Below, one piece after another: positions 25,531-38,993 of a stretch of 61,545 nucleotides of DNA. Source of the DNA: Rhynchobatus australiae. Taxonomy: Eukaryota. Made by a program: the position numbers and the translations under genes. The DNA lies in contig JAUZTB010000064.1 of NCBI GenBank assembly GCA_034780895.1, positions 56,590,563-56,652,107 of the forward strand, written 5' to 3'. Position 1 is the first letter of the stretch, and each line of letters starts with the position of its first letter. The notes under the pieces are model-generated. The model did not search any database, was not told the origin of the DNA, and worked only from the letters and a program-made list of their open reading frames with translations.

Positions 25531-26843
25531 TTTGTAAAGCATTTTGTATAACAAAAGTGTATTTCAGCTAAGGAGCANNNNNNNNNNNNNNNNNNNNNNN
25601 NNNNNNNNNNNNNNNNNNNNNNNNNNNNNNNNNNNNNNNNNNNNNNNNNNNNNNNNNNNNNNNNNNNNNNNNNNNNNNNNNNNNNNNNNNNNNNNNNNNN
25701 NNNNNNNNNNNNNNNNNNNNNNNNNNNNNNNNNNNNNNNNNNNNNNNNNNNNNNNNNNNNNNNNNNNNNNNNNNNNNNNNGTATAACTCTGCAGCAATGT
25801 ACAAACTTCTTTACCTCCTCCAGCTGAGGGGTGGCACTTCCTCATGAACTCCTCATTATTCCAGCTCCATTGTGCTCTGCGTCACCAGAGTCACATCTGG
25901 ACATGAGGTTGTGAAAAGCACCATAGAAATGTCAGCTAGTTCTTTCCTTTTAGGTGCCCTTGGATAAAGTCAATTGACTTGAATTGATTTGGAGGTGTTT
26001 GGGAATTCTATATAGCTCTAAGCTTGATATTTTCCTTTCTCAACATCATTATCATCAGAGTCTGATACTTTAGCTTATGTATTTGCAATTAAGTATACAC
26101 ACTGCTGCTCAGTAAAGTGGAGTCCATCATGCTGCTTTATGCCTTGCTATCTGCTGCATATGCTCACAAGTAGATACAGAATTTTTATAAGGGAATTTCA
26201 GTGTGGATGCAATAACATTACAACACTGCAGAGTCCTATAGGGATTTTTTCATATACTGCTGTTACTCTTTTTCCATATTTTCTTCATCTACTCATCATT
26301 TCTCACATTGTTACAATGGGTCTGATAGAAGAATAGGCATATCGAGAATGGTTGAGTGTAACACTGGGATCAAGGAGGCAGAGAAGTATGCTGTTTTATA
26401 GTGTAGTTACTAAGTTTGCACACAACCATTGACTGAGCTCCTGCACTGCGCCACCTGTCTTTCCATCTCTTATGACTACACACCATTTCTTCCTAATCAT
26501 CCTCAAGTTCTCATCCTCATGGAGGTCAGCACTCTAAAATGGGAATGTCCACTCCGCTCCCTTGTGTTTCTTTGTCACTAAGCACATGTTTTCTTATAAG
26601 TAGTCTGAGAGCCAAAATTTGGATGGTCCTTCCAGAGTAACATTGGTTAAATATTGTGGTAAAATGGAGAAGGTAATTTAATAATTTGGCTTACAAACAA
26701 CCGCAGGGGGAAACGACTCTGGTGTCAATGGGTAAAACAATGCAGCCAGCCACTGTGCAGCTTTGTAAGGATATTGAATCTGCTCAACACTAGCTTGCAA
26801 TCCTGGGAGAGAGAGCAAAGTGATTCTCACTGTTACAAAAGTG

Positions 26844-27910
26844 CATGTTTTAGAAGATCTATAGCCAATCACTGCACAGTGGATTTTTTTCTGAAAGATC
26901 AGACAATTGCTGAATTTGCCTACTATTGATGTACAACCAGGGTTCTGCCCATTATTCAGACATTATTATATACATTCAATGACCTTGCAATGAAAACAAA
27001 CTGAAAACATTGTTCCTGCACTTATCTGTCTTTAGCCAAACTTCAATTACCGTTAATTGCTGTTAGCACCAGTTCTCTTTCCAGGACTATACAGCAGGTT
27101 TTCTCTTTATTGTTGCATTTCTGTGTACTCTTCTTTTCTGCCTTTTTTTGTGATCTGATCCTTTTTATTATGTTCTAACACTTTCTTCTCCACTTGAAGA
27201 TGTACTCTAAAGGAGCCCTCAAAGCATTGCTTCCCACCTTCTGATAGCTGACACACTGTGCCAAACATTAACCCATTTGCTACTGCAACTTTTAGCCACC
27301 ATTGGCTTTTCAAGGCCAAAGCTCTTTATTTTATAAGTACTACCTCCTATACCCACTCAATCAAAATAATTCATGTCTATGCTGCATGCAGAATGTGCAA
27401 GAATATACAAAATACATTGTCCCACAATTCAAGCTCCAGCGATCAACAGGTTGATGTCTCACCATTGAATGTGGCATCAACCTAAATTTGACTGGGATTT
27501 TTCATAGCTGTTGTTTCCTTGGTCACATTGTATGTGAATCTGGAGCCCTGATCTTCCCAGTCATTGTGTAACAGCAATAATTTATTTTCTCAAGACAAGA
27601 TACTGTCTTTAATTTGAATAATTTATTCTTAATTAAAGCTATATTGCTGTTTAATGGCATCAGCAGCACTTAGTAGTAATTGAAATTCAACTAAAGCACA
27701 GATAAGTGAATGAAAACTGTTTTCAGTTTGTCTTCATTGCAAGGTCATTGAATGGCTTGAGCATTTATGATATGTCTATACAATCCTATAACTACTGAAT
27801 TATGGGCAGGACTCTAATTGTACATCAACAGTAGTTAAATTCAGCAATTGTTTCATTTTTTAAAAATCCATTAATAGTGGATTGATTGTCTATGAATCTT
27901 CAAATACATG
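26844..27910. repeat. Long inverted-repeat element (foldback/MITE-like); arms ~26844-27070 and ~27657-27910
   Basis: cattcaatgaccttgcaatgaaaacaaactgaaaaca pairs with tgttttcagtttgtcttcattgcaaggtcattgaatg, and acaattgctgaattt pairs with aaattcagcaattgt. One ~30-nt indel between the arms. Confidence 0.85.
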
Positions 27911-28599
27911 GATGACTAAATAATCAAAACATAAATTGAGATCTGTTTTGATACAGTGGCCAATATCTGATTATTTATTGCCTGTTGAAAATGTGTTTTG
28001 CCAGACTACAGGAAACCTTTAAACTCTTCACATTTTCCTTTACAGTAAACAATAAACAGATTGAATCTCAGTAGTTTTTATGCTGTATTACCAAAGAACC
28101 AAGTTAGAATACTGCATTATCCTGACTGGACNNNNNNNNNNNNNNNNNNNNNNNNNNNNNNNNNNNNNNNNNNNNNNNNNNNNNNNNNNNNNNNNNNNNN
28201 NNNNNNNNNNNNNNNNNNNNNNNNNNNNNNNGTGTCATTATGCAATCAGTCCAGCATGGAATCCATGTGCTGTACAATGAGGCATCTAAGGAGCCAAATC
28301 GAGGGCCAATACTCAGAACCATGACAGTAGACCTTGTAATTATCCTTCCAGTATGGCCTTACAAGCTCAATGGGCTAAGCATTCAGGTAGCTTTGCCAGT
28401 TTTCTCTGCAAATGTATTTTTCCTCTGAATTTGATAGAGGAGTACTCTCTATGACACTGAAGTAAACAATTGTTAAAAATAGGATGCAAGGTCAATATAG
28501 TCAACAGGCATATGAGATAAATTATATTATTTTGCAGAGTTGTGCCATCGATATTGAAACAGCTGGATCTTTGTGTACCACTGATGTAACAGGAAAGTG

Positions 28600-28910
28600 C
28601 AGGATTCTTAAATTGTCAACTGTGTCTCCAATTGTCTCTATAACCTTTTTTCTCCCTATCTCTTTGACTTCATCCAGGCCTAACACCAATGCCCTCAATG
28701 CAAACACTAGCCCACCCTAACTTTCTGTGTTCCTCCATTTAATATTCAACATTGGTGGCTGTATCTTCAGCTGCAAAGACCCTAAGATCTGCAATTTACT
28801 TTCCAGCTGTACTTCTACCTTGTTTTCACTGTTCCTTAAAATCTACCTCCTCTTTCTAATAACGAGACTTAGAGTCAACTGTTGTTTGATAATGCTCCTA
28901 TCTATGAGCA
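28600..28910 (+). mobile_element. L2 LINE 3' end, decayed
   Basis: NIGGCIFSCKDPKICNLL corresponds to the L2 motif TIGGRAFSxxxPKLWNSL, followed by ccttaaaatctacctc. Confidence 0.65.
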
Positions 28911-29077
28911 AGAAATACCTTTCTGCAACACATTGTCACTTAATGCACAGAAAAGTTAGGGGAAGCCTGCAAAGTAGTCAAATGCCCATGCATACTTTAT
29001 CTGCTCCTGTGAGCTGAAGCAAAAGTAGTTGATGTTTTTCCTCCTTGAGTGTGGACTTTGGGTGACCTCTAATGATA

Positions 29078-29370
29078 TTAAGATATTTAAGATATTTATT
29101 TATTAGTCACGTACATTGAAACACACAGTGAAATGTGTCTTTTTGCGTTACTGAGAATGTGCCGGGGCAGCCCACAGGTGATGCCACTCTTCTGGCACCA
29201 ACATAGCATGTCCACAGCTCCTAACCCGTACGTCTTTGGAATGTGGGAGGAAACCGGGGCACCCAGAGGAAACCTATGTAGACACGGGGAGAATGGACAA
29301 ACTCCTTACAGACAATAGCCGGAATTGAACCCGGGTCGCTGGCGTTGTAATAGCATTACACTAACTGCAG
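29078..29370 (-). mobile_element. tRNA-derived V-SINE with a non-HER1 (Rex1/Babar-like) tail
   Basis: Same head and V-domain as 24224 (reverse complement ggaggaaaccgggg..ggagaatggacaaactccttacagac). The tail reads catttcactgtgtgtttcaatgtacgtgactaataaa followed by short aatatctta repeats. Confidence 0.88.
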
Positions 29371-32300
29371 TGCTCAGCCTGGAATTGTTCTAAGACCGAG
29401 TCTGATGTTGACCTCCACAGATGAGGAAGTTGATGTGAGAGCAATCTCATCTGTTCCCAAGATTCTACAATCATTGGTCTGCCTTGGGGAGGCGAATCTG
29501 CAGGTGGCAGTGTTTGCATTGGTGCGGAGGTTTGCAAAATGAATATTCAGGCTGAAGTTGTTTGAATTAGCCCTTCCTTAAGTCACAAAATAAAGAATTT
29601 AACATTTGAACAGATGCTTGCACATAACTCTACTGAAACTCCTCATTCTCCTAAACNNNNNAGTATTAGGCAGATGAGTGTTCACTTTCTTGCAAATGAG
29701 GTTGATACTAACTTTCATACCAATTCATTTTGGGATAACTAAACAAAGTCAAGAAAATTCATTTGCATAACATGCCCTTAGCGGTGTTATAGAAGTGAAA
29801 ATTGACTTTACTCAGAGTGAAACACTATAATAACCATTTCCTGAATGTGAGATGAAGTAATTCCCCATTCAATCCGACAGTGTGAGGAACTTTGACCCAA
29901 TTGTCTGGGGTCTGGGGCGGGGGGGGTGATCAACATTAACCACTGATGAGATAACCATTTTACTGGTGTTGTGCTCCATTGAGAATCCTGTAAATTATTT
30001 CCCATGCTCACCATTGATCCTTTGGCCTTCCCACCACATATCACATCAGTCCTCTCCCTAACCCACTTATTTCATTCCTGACTCCCACAACACTGAGATC
30101 TTTCAGGGCCCTTTCAATTGCTTGACCTTCTACAATCTATAGAGTTATAGACTCAGCCATCTCCATCACGGGCACAACCCCCCCNNNNNNNNNNNNNNNN
30201 NNNNNNNNNNNNNNNNNNNNNNNNNNNNNNNNNNNNNNNNNNNNNNNNNNNNNNNNNNNNNNNNNNNNNNNNNNNNNNNNNNNNNNNNNNNNNNNNNNNN
30301 NNNNNNNNNNNNNNNNNNNNNNNNNNNNNNNNNNNNNNNNNNNNNNNNNNNNNNNNNNNNNNNNNNNNNNNNNNNNNNNNNNNNNNNNNNNNNNNNNNNN
30401 NNNNNNNNNNNNNNNNNNNNNNNNNNNNNNNNNNNNNNNNNNNNNNNNNNNNNNNNNNNNNNNNNNNNNNNNNNNNNNNNNNNNNNNNNNNNNNNNNNNN
30501 NNNNNNNNNNNNNNNNNNNNNNNNNNNNNNNNNNNNNNNNNNNNNNNNNNNNNNNNNNNNNNNNNNNNNNNNNNNNNNNNNNNNNNNNNNNNNNNNNNNN
30601 NNNNNNNNNNNNNNNNNNNNNNNNNNNNNNNNNNNNNNNNNNNNNNNNNNNNNNNNNNNNNNNNNNNNNNNNNNNNNNNNNNNNNNNNNNNNNNNNNNNN
30701 NNNNNNNNNNNNNNNNNNNNNNNNNNNNNNNNNNNNNNNNNNNNNNNNNNNNNNNNNNNNNNNNNNNNNNNNNNNNNNNNNNNNNNNNNNNNNNNNNNNN
30801 NNNNNNNNGGAGCCAGAGCACAAATGACATATGCAGTTGGAAGCCAAGTATCAAAGTAATTGTCAATAGTCTCCTGGAGTGTCCATCCAATGCACCTATT
30901 TTGTTGCACTAGAATTAATTGAAAAATCTATTGTGCTTTAAAGGGGATTGCTATATGGCTGTGTCACCAGAATATATTTTGCAATAATCACTTCTGTGTT
31001 GGTGTGATTTAGCACAACCTGCTTTGCAGTGGATCGAGTTGTTATTGATGGTGGTCTTATATCTTTACAGTTTAACCCTGATTGCCTAGTGGATGCTATA
31101 CATATCCTTTGATGCTTGTAGTTTTCATATTCTTCTTTGAGCAGCTAAGTGAGACACCCACTACAAGGCAACTGGGCCCAACTGCAGTTTTTGCTACAGT
31201 TTGGAGAGTTTTGGAAAGGGGAAACTGCTAACTCTTCTCTGGGAAGTCAACTCAGCAGCAGGTAGATCTAGGGTCATCAAAGGCCCTATAAAAGTAGACA
31301 ATTTAATTATTATGTTTTCTCTGTTGCCCAGGATGAATGGACCATGGGTTCCATTTGGAAACTTTGTGCTTTCCTATCTCAAGCTTTCCTACCCAATCCG
31401 TGATGGTCTCCCAACCTTCCATGANNNNNNNNNNNNNNNNNNNNNNNTCTGTCCACAAGTTTTCAAATGGAAGATAAAATAGAGGCACTTAGCCTTTCTC
31501 CTTCAGTTTTGCTACTGAATATACAGAAGCAGATTTGTCACAATTGTAGAATTGATATTATGTGAAGGTCATTGATTGTAATCTTGAAAGTTTATGGAGT
31601 TGATGTCACTTTTAATATAATGTAATTCTTTAGCACAATATTGTTAGCCATCATAAATGTATAAGAGCTTCTTCTGTAAAGCTTTACCTGAGATCATTCT
31701 TNNNNNNNNNNNNNNNNNNNNNNNNNCTAACTCACAACAAAAGTTGCCTCAACATTTTTCAGAGTCAAAGATATAAATCAATGTTATCTGAAAAGGTAAC
31801 TTAAGTAGGGTAGAAAATTTTCCTTAGTTTCTGTTGTTAAACATGCAATATAGTAGCAGCAACAGAAGAACATTTCAGACCAGAATACATGTTCGTGCTA
31901 GCAATTGAAGATAAATTTCAATCCCCATGCTTTAGATAGTTCAGTAAATTTGTCTGGTTAGTTATGAGATATATTTCAGTGTGAGTCGATGTTTACCATT
32001 ATTATTTCTTAATTCCATGAATAATTTCTGAGATTATTGATTAAAAATCAATGTTTATTCAACCATATTATCTTGACCAGTCAGCCACATATGTAATGCT
32101 GATGAGTTATTCCTTTTAAGCATTGCTAAGTTATAGATATTATCGGTAATATCAGCAGTTATTTTCCAACCAGCCTTCTTAGATTGATGATAAACAAATA
32201 AACTGACCAGGAAATGATCCATGCATAAATTCTATTTAATTACTTTAAAACATGCATGGAAGTCTAGTCATTCAAGAGTGGAACTTGCACCAATAGAAAC

Positions 32301-33696
32301 GAGTAGGCAAGATCTGAGACACAAATTTTGCAAGCTGCATATTCAATGAATGTCAATAGTTTTTGGGGTTGCTTACTGGAAGTAAGCATGACATCTTTAG
32401 AGATTGGATGATTACCTGTACTCATCATACCCCAAGGCAAGTGAATCCCCTCTTGGCTAAGAAATATTAACATAACTTGTAGACTCTATGCTGTCAGTTC
32501 TTATGAGTACAAGTCACAGGGCAAATTAAAAAATGGAGAGTAGATAAATCTACTGCTTACCTTAAGGGCTGTGCAAAAAAGAAGCACTGAATAATTTGAT
32601 GTTTTTGTTCAATAAAGCCATATCTTAACATCTAATTCACCATACATTATTTTCTCTGTGGTCTGAAGAAATATATTTACCTGAATATAAATATGCCTGA
32701 CCAAAGTACCAATTTCTCTTCAGCAATGGAATTTTGAGGGATCTAAATTAAAATATGTCTCTGTTATGCGGTTTGAATTTCCTGCAGCTGTTTCTGGGAG
32801 AAATGTAGGTTGCAACATTTTCCTTAAATGTTTAATTCTAACATGCAGAGATGTTACTGGTGCTACTAAGTAGAATTTTTCAGATCTTTTGCCCAATATC
32901 AATGATACACATCCAATTCATGAAGGTGTGAAAGTTGGAGATGATGGCATTCATTTGCTANNNNNNNNNNGCAAACTGTAGAAACCACAGTAAGCTGCAA
33001 AGTAGAGGGAATGAATGTTCAGGTCTGTGAGTAGAATAATTTTCCATATTCAAAAGCAATCCATGGAGGAATTACTCTTGCATCAAGGACACAAATCAAG
33101 AATGAACTATTGCTTGTAGAATTCTGGAAACAGCGATGAACGTTAATCCCAGCTTCTATTTCCCTTACTTTAGATAATTGTACGAACCAATAAAAATGAG
33201 TCTAATCAAAAGGTACATGAGCGTCCACATGTAGTATGTTTGTTGCTGCATTTGTATCTTGTGTCCTGTTGTGTGCTGTGCCTTTTTTTACTGCCTTTGC
33301 TGTGTATGCTCCTCCTGATAGTGTTCTTTAAGTTAGAATGTAGCATTGGCAGATGGATTCAGATAGCAATCTGTGTCATGGATATCTTTTGTTGTAGCAC
33401 TTGCATTTTTAATACAGGAATTATTGCTACATTTCATTTGGGAAAAAAGTATAGCAAAGTGATCTCTTGTGAAGAAACATCTGCTTTAAATACTATTTAC
33501 TATTTATATTTTTTAATTTACTATTTTATAATTTAGGATCTGTTGATGTTATATATTTTGCTAGTTATTATAAATGGAGTGGAATTGGTTAAAATGCTAT
33601 TTTGTCTTTAACATTATTTGTTCCGTGGTTCCAATAGCTCTTTTCATTAGCATGGCAGATATTTAATCCATTATTTTATTTCTACAATCCTCCCCA

Positions 33697-33731
33697 TGTA
33701 CGTTCTCCCTATGTCTGTGTGGGTTTCCTCC
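33697..33731 (+). mobile_element. V-SINE fragment running into a gap
   Basis: tgtacgttctccctatgtctgtgtgggtttcctcc. Confidence 0.7.
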
Positions 33732-34759
33732 NNNNNNNNNNNNNNNNNNNNNNNNNNNNNNNNNNNNNNNNNNNNNNNNNNNNNNNNNNNNNNNNNNNNN
33801 NNNNNNNNNNNNNNNNNNNNNNNNNNNNNNNTCTAATTAATATAATCAGCTAAAGGAAACAATTCTTATATTTTATCATTGATGTTCCTCTTTAAATTGT
33901 GAACCTTTCTGAGTGAATGACCTGGAACTCTTCTTTATACTCTTAGATTGTTAGGCTTGATACCATTTTTGGAGAAGTAGCAATCACTGTCCATAAATAT
34001 ACCTGTGTTATGTTATACCAGAAATCCTTTGCACTTGATGTTCTGTTCCCAAATTCTTTTCCATTTGCCATTTTGCCCTTTTCACTTTAAATTGCATCTC
34101 CAGTTCAAGATGAATGAACTTCTCAACATTTATGTTGGTTGAGTATCTCATTAGATGCTTGTGAAGCATTAAGCAATGATTATTGCAGACACATTGTAAT
34201 TTTTTTCGGTGGCCTTCAAAAAATTGTAATCGTAGAAATAACAATTTAAAGCTGTTTGTTCCTGAAATGTTGCTACAGGTTCATTGATTTCAGAGTAACA
34301 TTAATATTTCTCCTACTTAGTGATTATTTTAAACGAATTCCATGGAATTTGTGGACAAAGCTGTCATTTCTTGTCAACATTGTTGTGTAAAATTGACAGT
34401 AACTTCCACTATCTCCGCAAACACAGTTAAATGCAGAAATTGAGAAATNNNNNNNNNNNNNNNNNNNNNNNNNNNNNNNNNNNNNNNNNNNNNNNNNNNN
34501 NNNNNNNNNNNNNNATTTAATATGAACTTAAACTTTGTATGGATTATTTTCAATGAAAAAAATCAAAATATTAACCCTTATTGAATGGTAAAACTTGAAT
34601 TTTTAACACCATACTAAATCATAATTACTGATTAATGGCTTCTCTAGCCCTGTAAAAATAATTTTATATTTGCGAATTGACAATCCTTTAGAATAATATT
34701 AAAAAAACAATTTATAACTTTTTAGTATTACTTCAATTTCTACCTTAATCTGATGAGTA

Positions 34760-35512
34760 TGTCTTGATCTCTTTTTGCTCACATGAAGCTCACAGTGTAA
34801 ACAATATATATGGTAATAATAAGTACAACAATAAATAGAGTGACAAGCGCAGATCAACGGAATGGTGCAAAGTATAATAGTGTAAACTGAAGTAGTGCAT
34901 GGAGAAATGCTAAAGTGACAACAATGGAAGAGGTAGAACTAAGGGTCTAAGAACATGGCAGCACCACCGAAAAGAGGATGCAAAAGAGGTGATTTGTTCA
35001 GAATTCTGATAGCAGTGGGAAAAAAGCTGTTCTTGCGTCTGGTTGTGTGGGCTTTCAAGCTCCTGTATCTTCTCCTGGAAGGTAGAAGAGAGAAAACAGA
35101 ATGGCCAGGGTGGTAGGCATCCTTGATGATACTGTTAGCCTTCCTGATGCAAGGCACCATGAAAATGGACAGGATGGAAAGATGTGGTGAGCCTGTGCAG
35201 TGTTTGCCACTTTCTGCAGGTTTCAATGTTCCAGTGCAGAGAAGTTGCCATACCAGGATGAAATGCGTCCCGTCAGGATACTTTCTATAGTGCATTTGTA
35301 GAAGTTCAAGAGAATCCTCGAGGAAGTTCAAGAGAATCCTCGAGGACAAGCTGTATCTTCTCAGGTGCTTAAGAAAGTAAATACACTGATGTGCTTCCTT
35401 GATGACTACATCAGTGTGGAGGGAATAGGAGAGGTTGCTGGTGATATGGCTGCTTAGGAACTTGAAACTGTTGGCCATCTCTACGTTGATGTTCTGACAC
35501 CATGACACAGAT
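34760..35512 (-). mobile_element. Rex1/Babar LINE 3' end
   Basis: VEMANSFKFLSSHITSNLSYSLHT..KEAHQCIYFLKHLRR and IKDAYHPGHSVFSLLPSRRRYRSLKAHTTRRKNSFFPTAIRILN. A 22-bp tandem duplication at 35301-35344 shifts the frame. Confidence 0.9.
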
Positions 35513-36479
35513 GTTGCTGAACCTTTGAATATTCATAGGAAAGATAGGAAGAAAGAAGTCAATTGTAAGAAGTTCCTAGGGAGCCAAAAATCATTAAATT
35601 GAACTCAAAAATATAAATATTGCACATAAGTAGTTCGAGAGAAATTTAAACCTCATGAGGGCCCACAGGAAAATATTTACATTGACACAGAGGAGTTAGG
35701 TATATCAGTCTTCACAAAAAAGTAGATGTTGTGAAGGTTACACGAGAAGTATAGAGAGAGGATATGGATTGGATGGGAATAGACATAGAAGAAATGGAAA
35801 TAAGATTAGCATTACTGAATATCAACTAGCCTGGATCAAGTACATCTTAGTTTGCTGAAAGAAACAAAGGTAAAAAACAAAGGCATTTCTTCGCACAGTA
35901 CCTCTAGATGCTGAGATTTCCCTGCCTTGAGGTTTCACAACCTAGGTCCAAGAATGAAACATAAATTAGCATTTATACATTACCTTTTATGCCTCTTACA
36001 GAAGGATCTAAAGGTATTTGAAGATGTTGGGGTAACTCTGTAGTATATTCACTATTATATACTGAAGGAACCACAATGGTAAGTTTGCTCATGGAAGGGT
36101 CATACAAACAGCAACCTGCCATGATGCTCCCAGGATATTCTATAAGTGAACCTGATCGAGCAAACAAAAGAATGATGCATCACGGGAGAAAGCAGGACCC
36201 TAGTTTTTTACATAATACGTTGGTGGCCTTGGGGAGATGGTGAAGAGTAGTAGGTTAGACCTGTACATACAGTAGGTCTTCAGATCCAGGCTTAGAAGAT
36301 AGGACTAAGAATTATTATGNNNNNNNNNNNNNNNNNNNNNNNNNNNNNNNNNNNNNNNNNNNNNNNNNNNNNNNNNNNNNNNNNNNNNNNNNNNNNNNNN
36401 NNNNNNNNNNNNNNNNNNNGAACAGTTTACCATTAGTTCTGAAGATTAGTTCTACTCCAGCTGAATATTAGTTGGAGGT

Positions 36480-37662
36480 GAAGTGCAACAGTGGAAAAGA
36501 TTGAGAAGAGTGTTGGGGCAATAAGGCAGCCTTGTTTGACAATGGGCTTCATTGATATTCGTTCTGTTGTGCACCCAATGTCTAGTATTGTGGCATGCAT
36601 ACCATCATGGAGTGTAAGATGGAGATAAGTTCCTGTAGGCAGCCAAATGATTTAAATGGATTTAAACGTTTTATGAGGTTGAAGTAGGCCATGTTTAATG
36701 CTGGTGCTCCCTGCGTTTTTCTTCATCACAAGATGAAAATCACATCCTTTATGCCTCCAGATAGACAGGATCTATGCTGTGATTCTGGGAGGAGCTCTTT
36801 GGCTACTGGGAGGAGACGTTTGAGGAGAACCCTGTCAGACAGCAGGGAGACCTCTTTGTAGTTATCACAGGGATTTACCACAGTTATCAAGGTCTTCTTT
36901 GTTAAAGATGGTCACAATTGCGGTATCTCTCAGATATTCTGGTATATTCTTCTCTTTCCAAATACAGAGGATGAGATTTGGATCTGTGACTGAAAACTCC
37001 TCACCACTGAGTTTTAGGATTTCAACAGTAATCTCTCTAGTTACTTTTTAGTTCAATGATAGGCTTCTCCACCTGCTGGTCAGGGATGACAGCAAGACTG
37101 CCCTGAGTAGTTTTGTTATGGGATGAAGTCCAGGGTACTGATGCAAGGACAGTTGAGCAGGTTCTTTCAGCAGGCTGTCCCTGGTGAGCTCAGCTTCATT
37201 CTTATCTCTTAGTGGGTATGGTCCTGGACAGCTGGACTAAAGATGGCTTTCAAAGCTTCCATGCATGTCATGACTGCCAGTGAGTTTCTGAGTGTCCTGT
37301 GCTCTCTGTTCTTCAGTTCATGTGTTTTCTACTGGACCCTCTGCTCTCAGGTGTGTAGAGCGGGTTATTTTCCCTTGAGGTTGTTGGAACTTCTATTCCA
37401 CAAACACCTTATGTTTGTGGTTGATTATCTGCTCGATCTCCTAGTCACTCTCCTCAAATCAGTCCTACTGCCTCTTGGTAGAAAAGCCAAGAGTCTCAAT
37501 GTCAATGATGGCAAACTTCAGGACAGCCTATAAGCTGTGGACAGTAATCTAAGAGTTGACAGACTGGCTGTGAGGTGCTGTCAAAGAAGGTAAGAGATTC
37601 AACATTGATCTTCTTGCAGTATACCTTTAGTTGAGGTTGGTTTTGGGGACAGGTTGATGGTA
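36480..37662 (-). mobile_element. RTE-clade LINE, RT region, decayed
   Basis: Reverse strand gives FGCLQELISIL..LHDGMHATILDIG...VKQGCLIAPTLFSIF (RTE motif GVKQGCVIAPTLFSIF) and an upstream KKINV linker. Confidence 0.8.
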
Positions 37663-37667
37663 CTTTA

Positions 37668-38022
37668 CTCACATGGTGTGGTTGTCACTGACAAGGCCAA
37701 AATTTACTATCCATCTCCAAGTGAACCAGATCACTTCAGGTAGCAGTCAAGAGTCAACCACATTGGTTGGTCTGGAGTGTGTCAGGATGGCTGAATATCT
37801 TTCTAGAAGGACACTGGTGTTAACAGATTTTTTTATATATGACAGTCTGGTGGCTTCATGGTCATCATTACTGTTGTCAGCTTTTTAATTCCATACAGGT
37901 TTGAAAAACAGGATTTTTAATGCCCAAACAGCCACAGTAGGATTCAAACTCATGTTTTCAAATCAATAGATCATTTCTTTGAATTACTCATCCAGTAACT
38001 TAACTATTATACGACTATACCC
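37668..38022 (-). mobile_element. tRNA-derived SINE of a second family
   Basis: Minus strand has a B-box-like gagtttgaatcc, then aatgatgaccatgaa and aatgtggttgactcttgactgc, and tail taaattttggccttgtcagtgac. Matches a recalled chondrichthyan SINE. Confidence 0.65.
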
Positions 38023-38714
38023 CTTAGAGAATACTTTGATTAATGTTAACTGGTTACATATGGATTTATACTGTATACTCATTTCTCAAGATACTAAATG
38101 TTGAGCTGTATTATTACTTAAAAGATGTTCCTTTAAGTTTCAGCTGTAAATTTATTTTCTTTGTCTATAAGAGTCACTGATTGAGGAGAGGGAATATTTA
38201 TCCCATCATTCATCAAGGTCCTAGATGCCATGTTGAAGTTACTTCACTATTACCAAACGTCATTTTCAGCTATTTTTAGGACAAATAATTTTTAAGCTGA
38301 TAATAAATCTCAAAATGGGGCATGCTACAAGATGCCATGCACAACAAATTCTGGGCCATGCTGATTCTTTTGCTATCATTCATTTTGCATTTTCACAAGT
38401 ACATTTTTAACTTCATTTGTACTAATAGTTTAGTTTTAACAGGTGTAAATCATTAACTCAAGTTCTTTAGAATTTAACATTTCATGTTTGAAGGACGCTG
38501 TTTGGACATAACATTCACAACTACTTCAATGTTTCCTACACTGAGTTACATTTTCCTATTGATTGTTTTGCTTTCATGCTCACGCAACATTTTTCAAAAA
38601 GGCCACCTAATCTGCCTAACTCAATAATCCCACCCATCTCTGTCATTTTGACCACAAATTAAAAATTAAAATAGTTTGTAAATAATGTAACTTTATTCTT
38701 CTTGGCTTGGTTAG

Positions 38715-38993
38715 GTTTCTATAGCAGGAACGGCTATTGTTACTCTGGAGAAAGAGTTGTCTGCGTCCTCTGCTGTGAAGGTTACCAAGCCAGTGAAACC
38801 CCCTGTGTTAAAAGAGGCCAGAACTGTGACACAGGAGACTGTCTTTTCCAAGCCTCGTATTAGAGAAAGAACAGACATATATGAAACACAGTTTGATACT
38901 GAGATGCACAGGCATCTAGGTTTAAGTTTTTCAGGTTCACTTGAAGCTGAATTTGATGTTGAACAAGAAGATCAATATGAAACACAGGAGCAG
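38715..38993 (+). CDS. TTN: Titin-like internal exon (Z-disc unique sequence between the Z-repeats/Zq and Ig Z3), 279 nt, phase 0-0
   Basis: Acceptor ctttattcttcttggcttggttag| and donor CAG|gtttgt. Open frame VSIAGTAIVTLEKELSASSAVKVTKPVKPPVLKE...TDIYETQFDTEMHRHLGLSFSGS...ETQEQ aligns by eye with human titin ASIAGSAIATLQKELSATSSAQKITKSVKAPTVKP...DTYKSEAGVEVKKEVGVSITG (recalled, about exon 16, similar length). Confidence 0.88.

Noticed and set aside
28522-28707. Protein-looking minus-strand ORF (MFALRALVLGLDEVKEIG...)
   Set aside because: Largely antisense to a decayed L2 3' end.
29376-29553. Short segment with cagcctg...caggctg inverted ends
   Set aside because: Only ~7 bp of terminal match and no TSD; insufficient to call a MITE.
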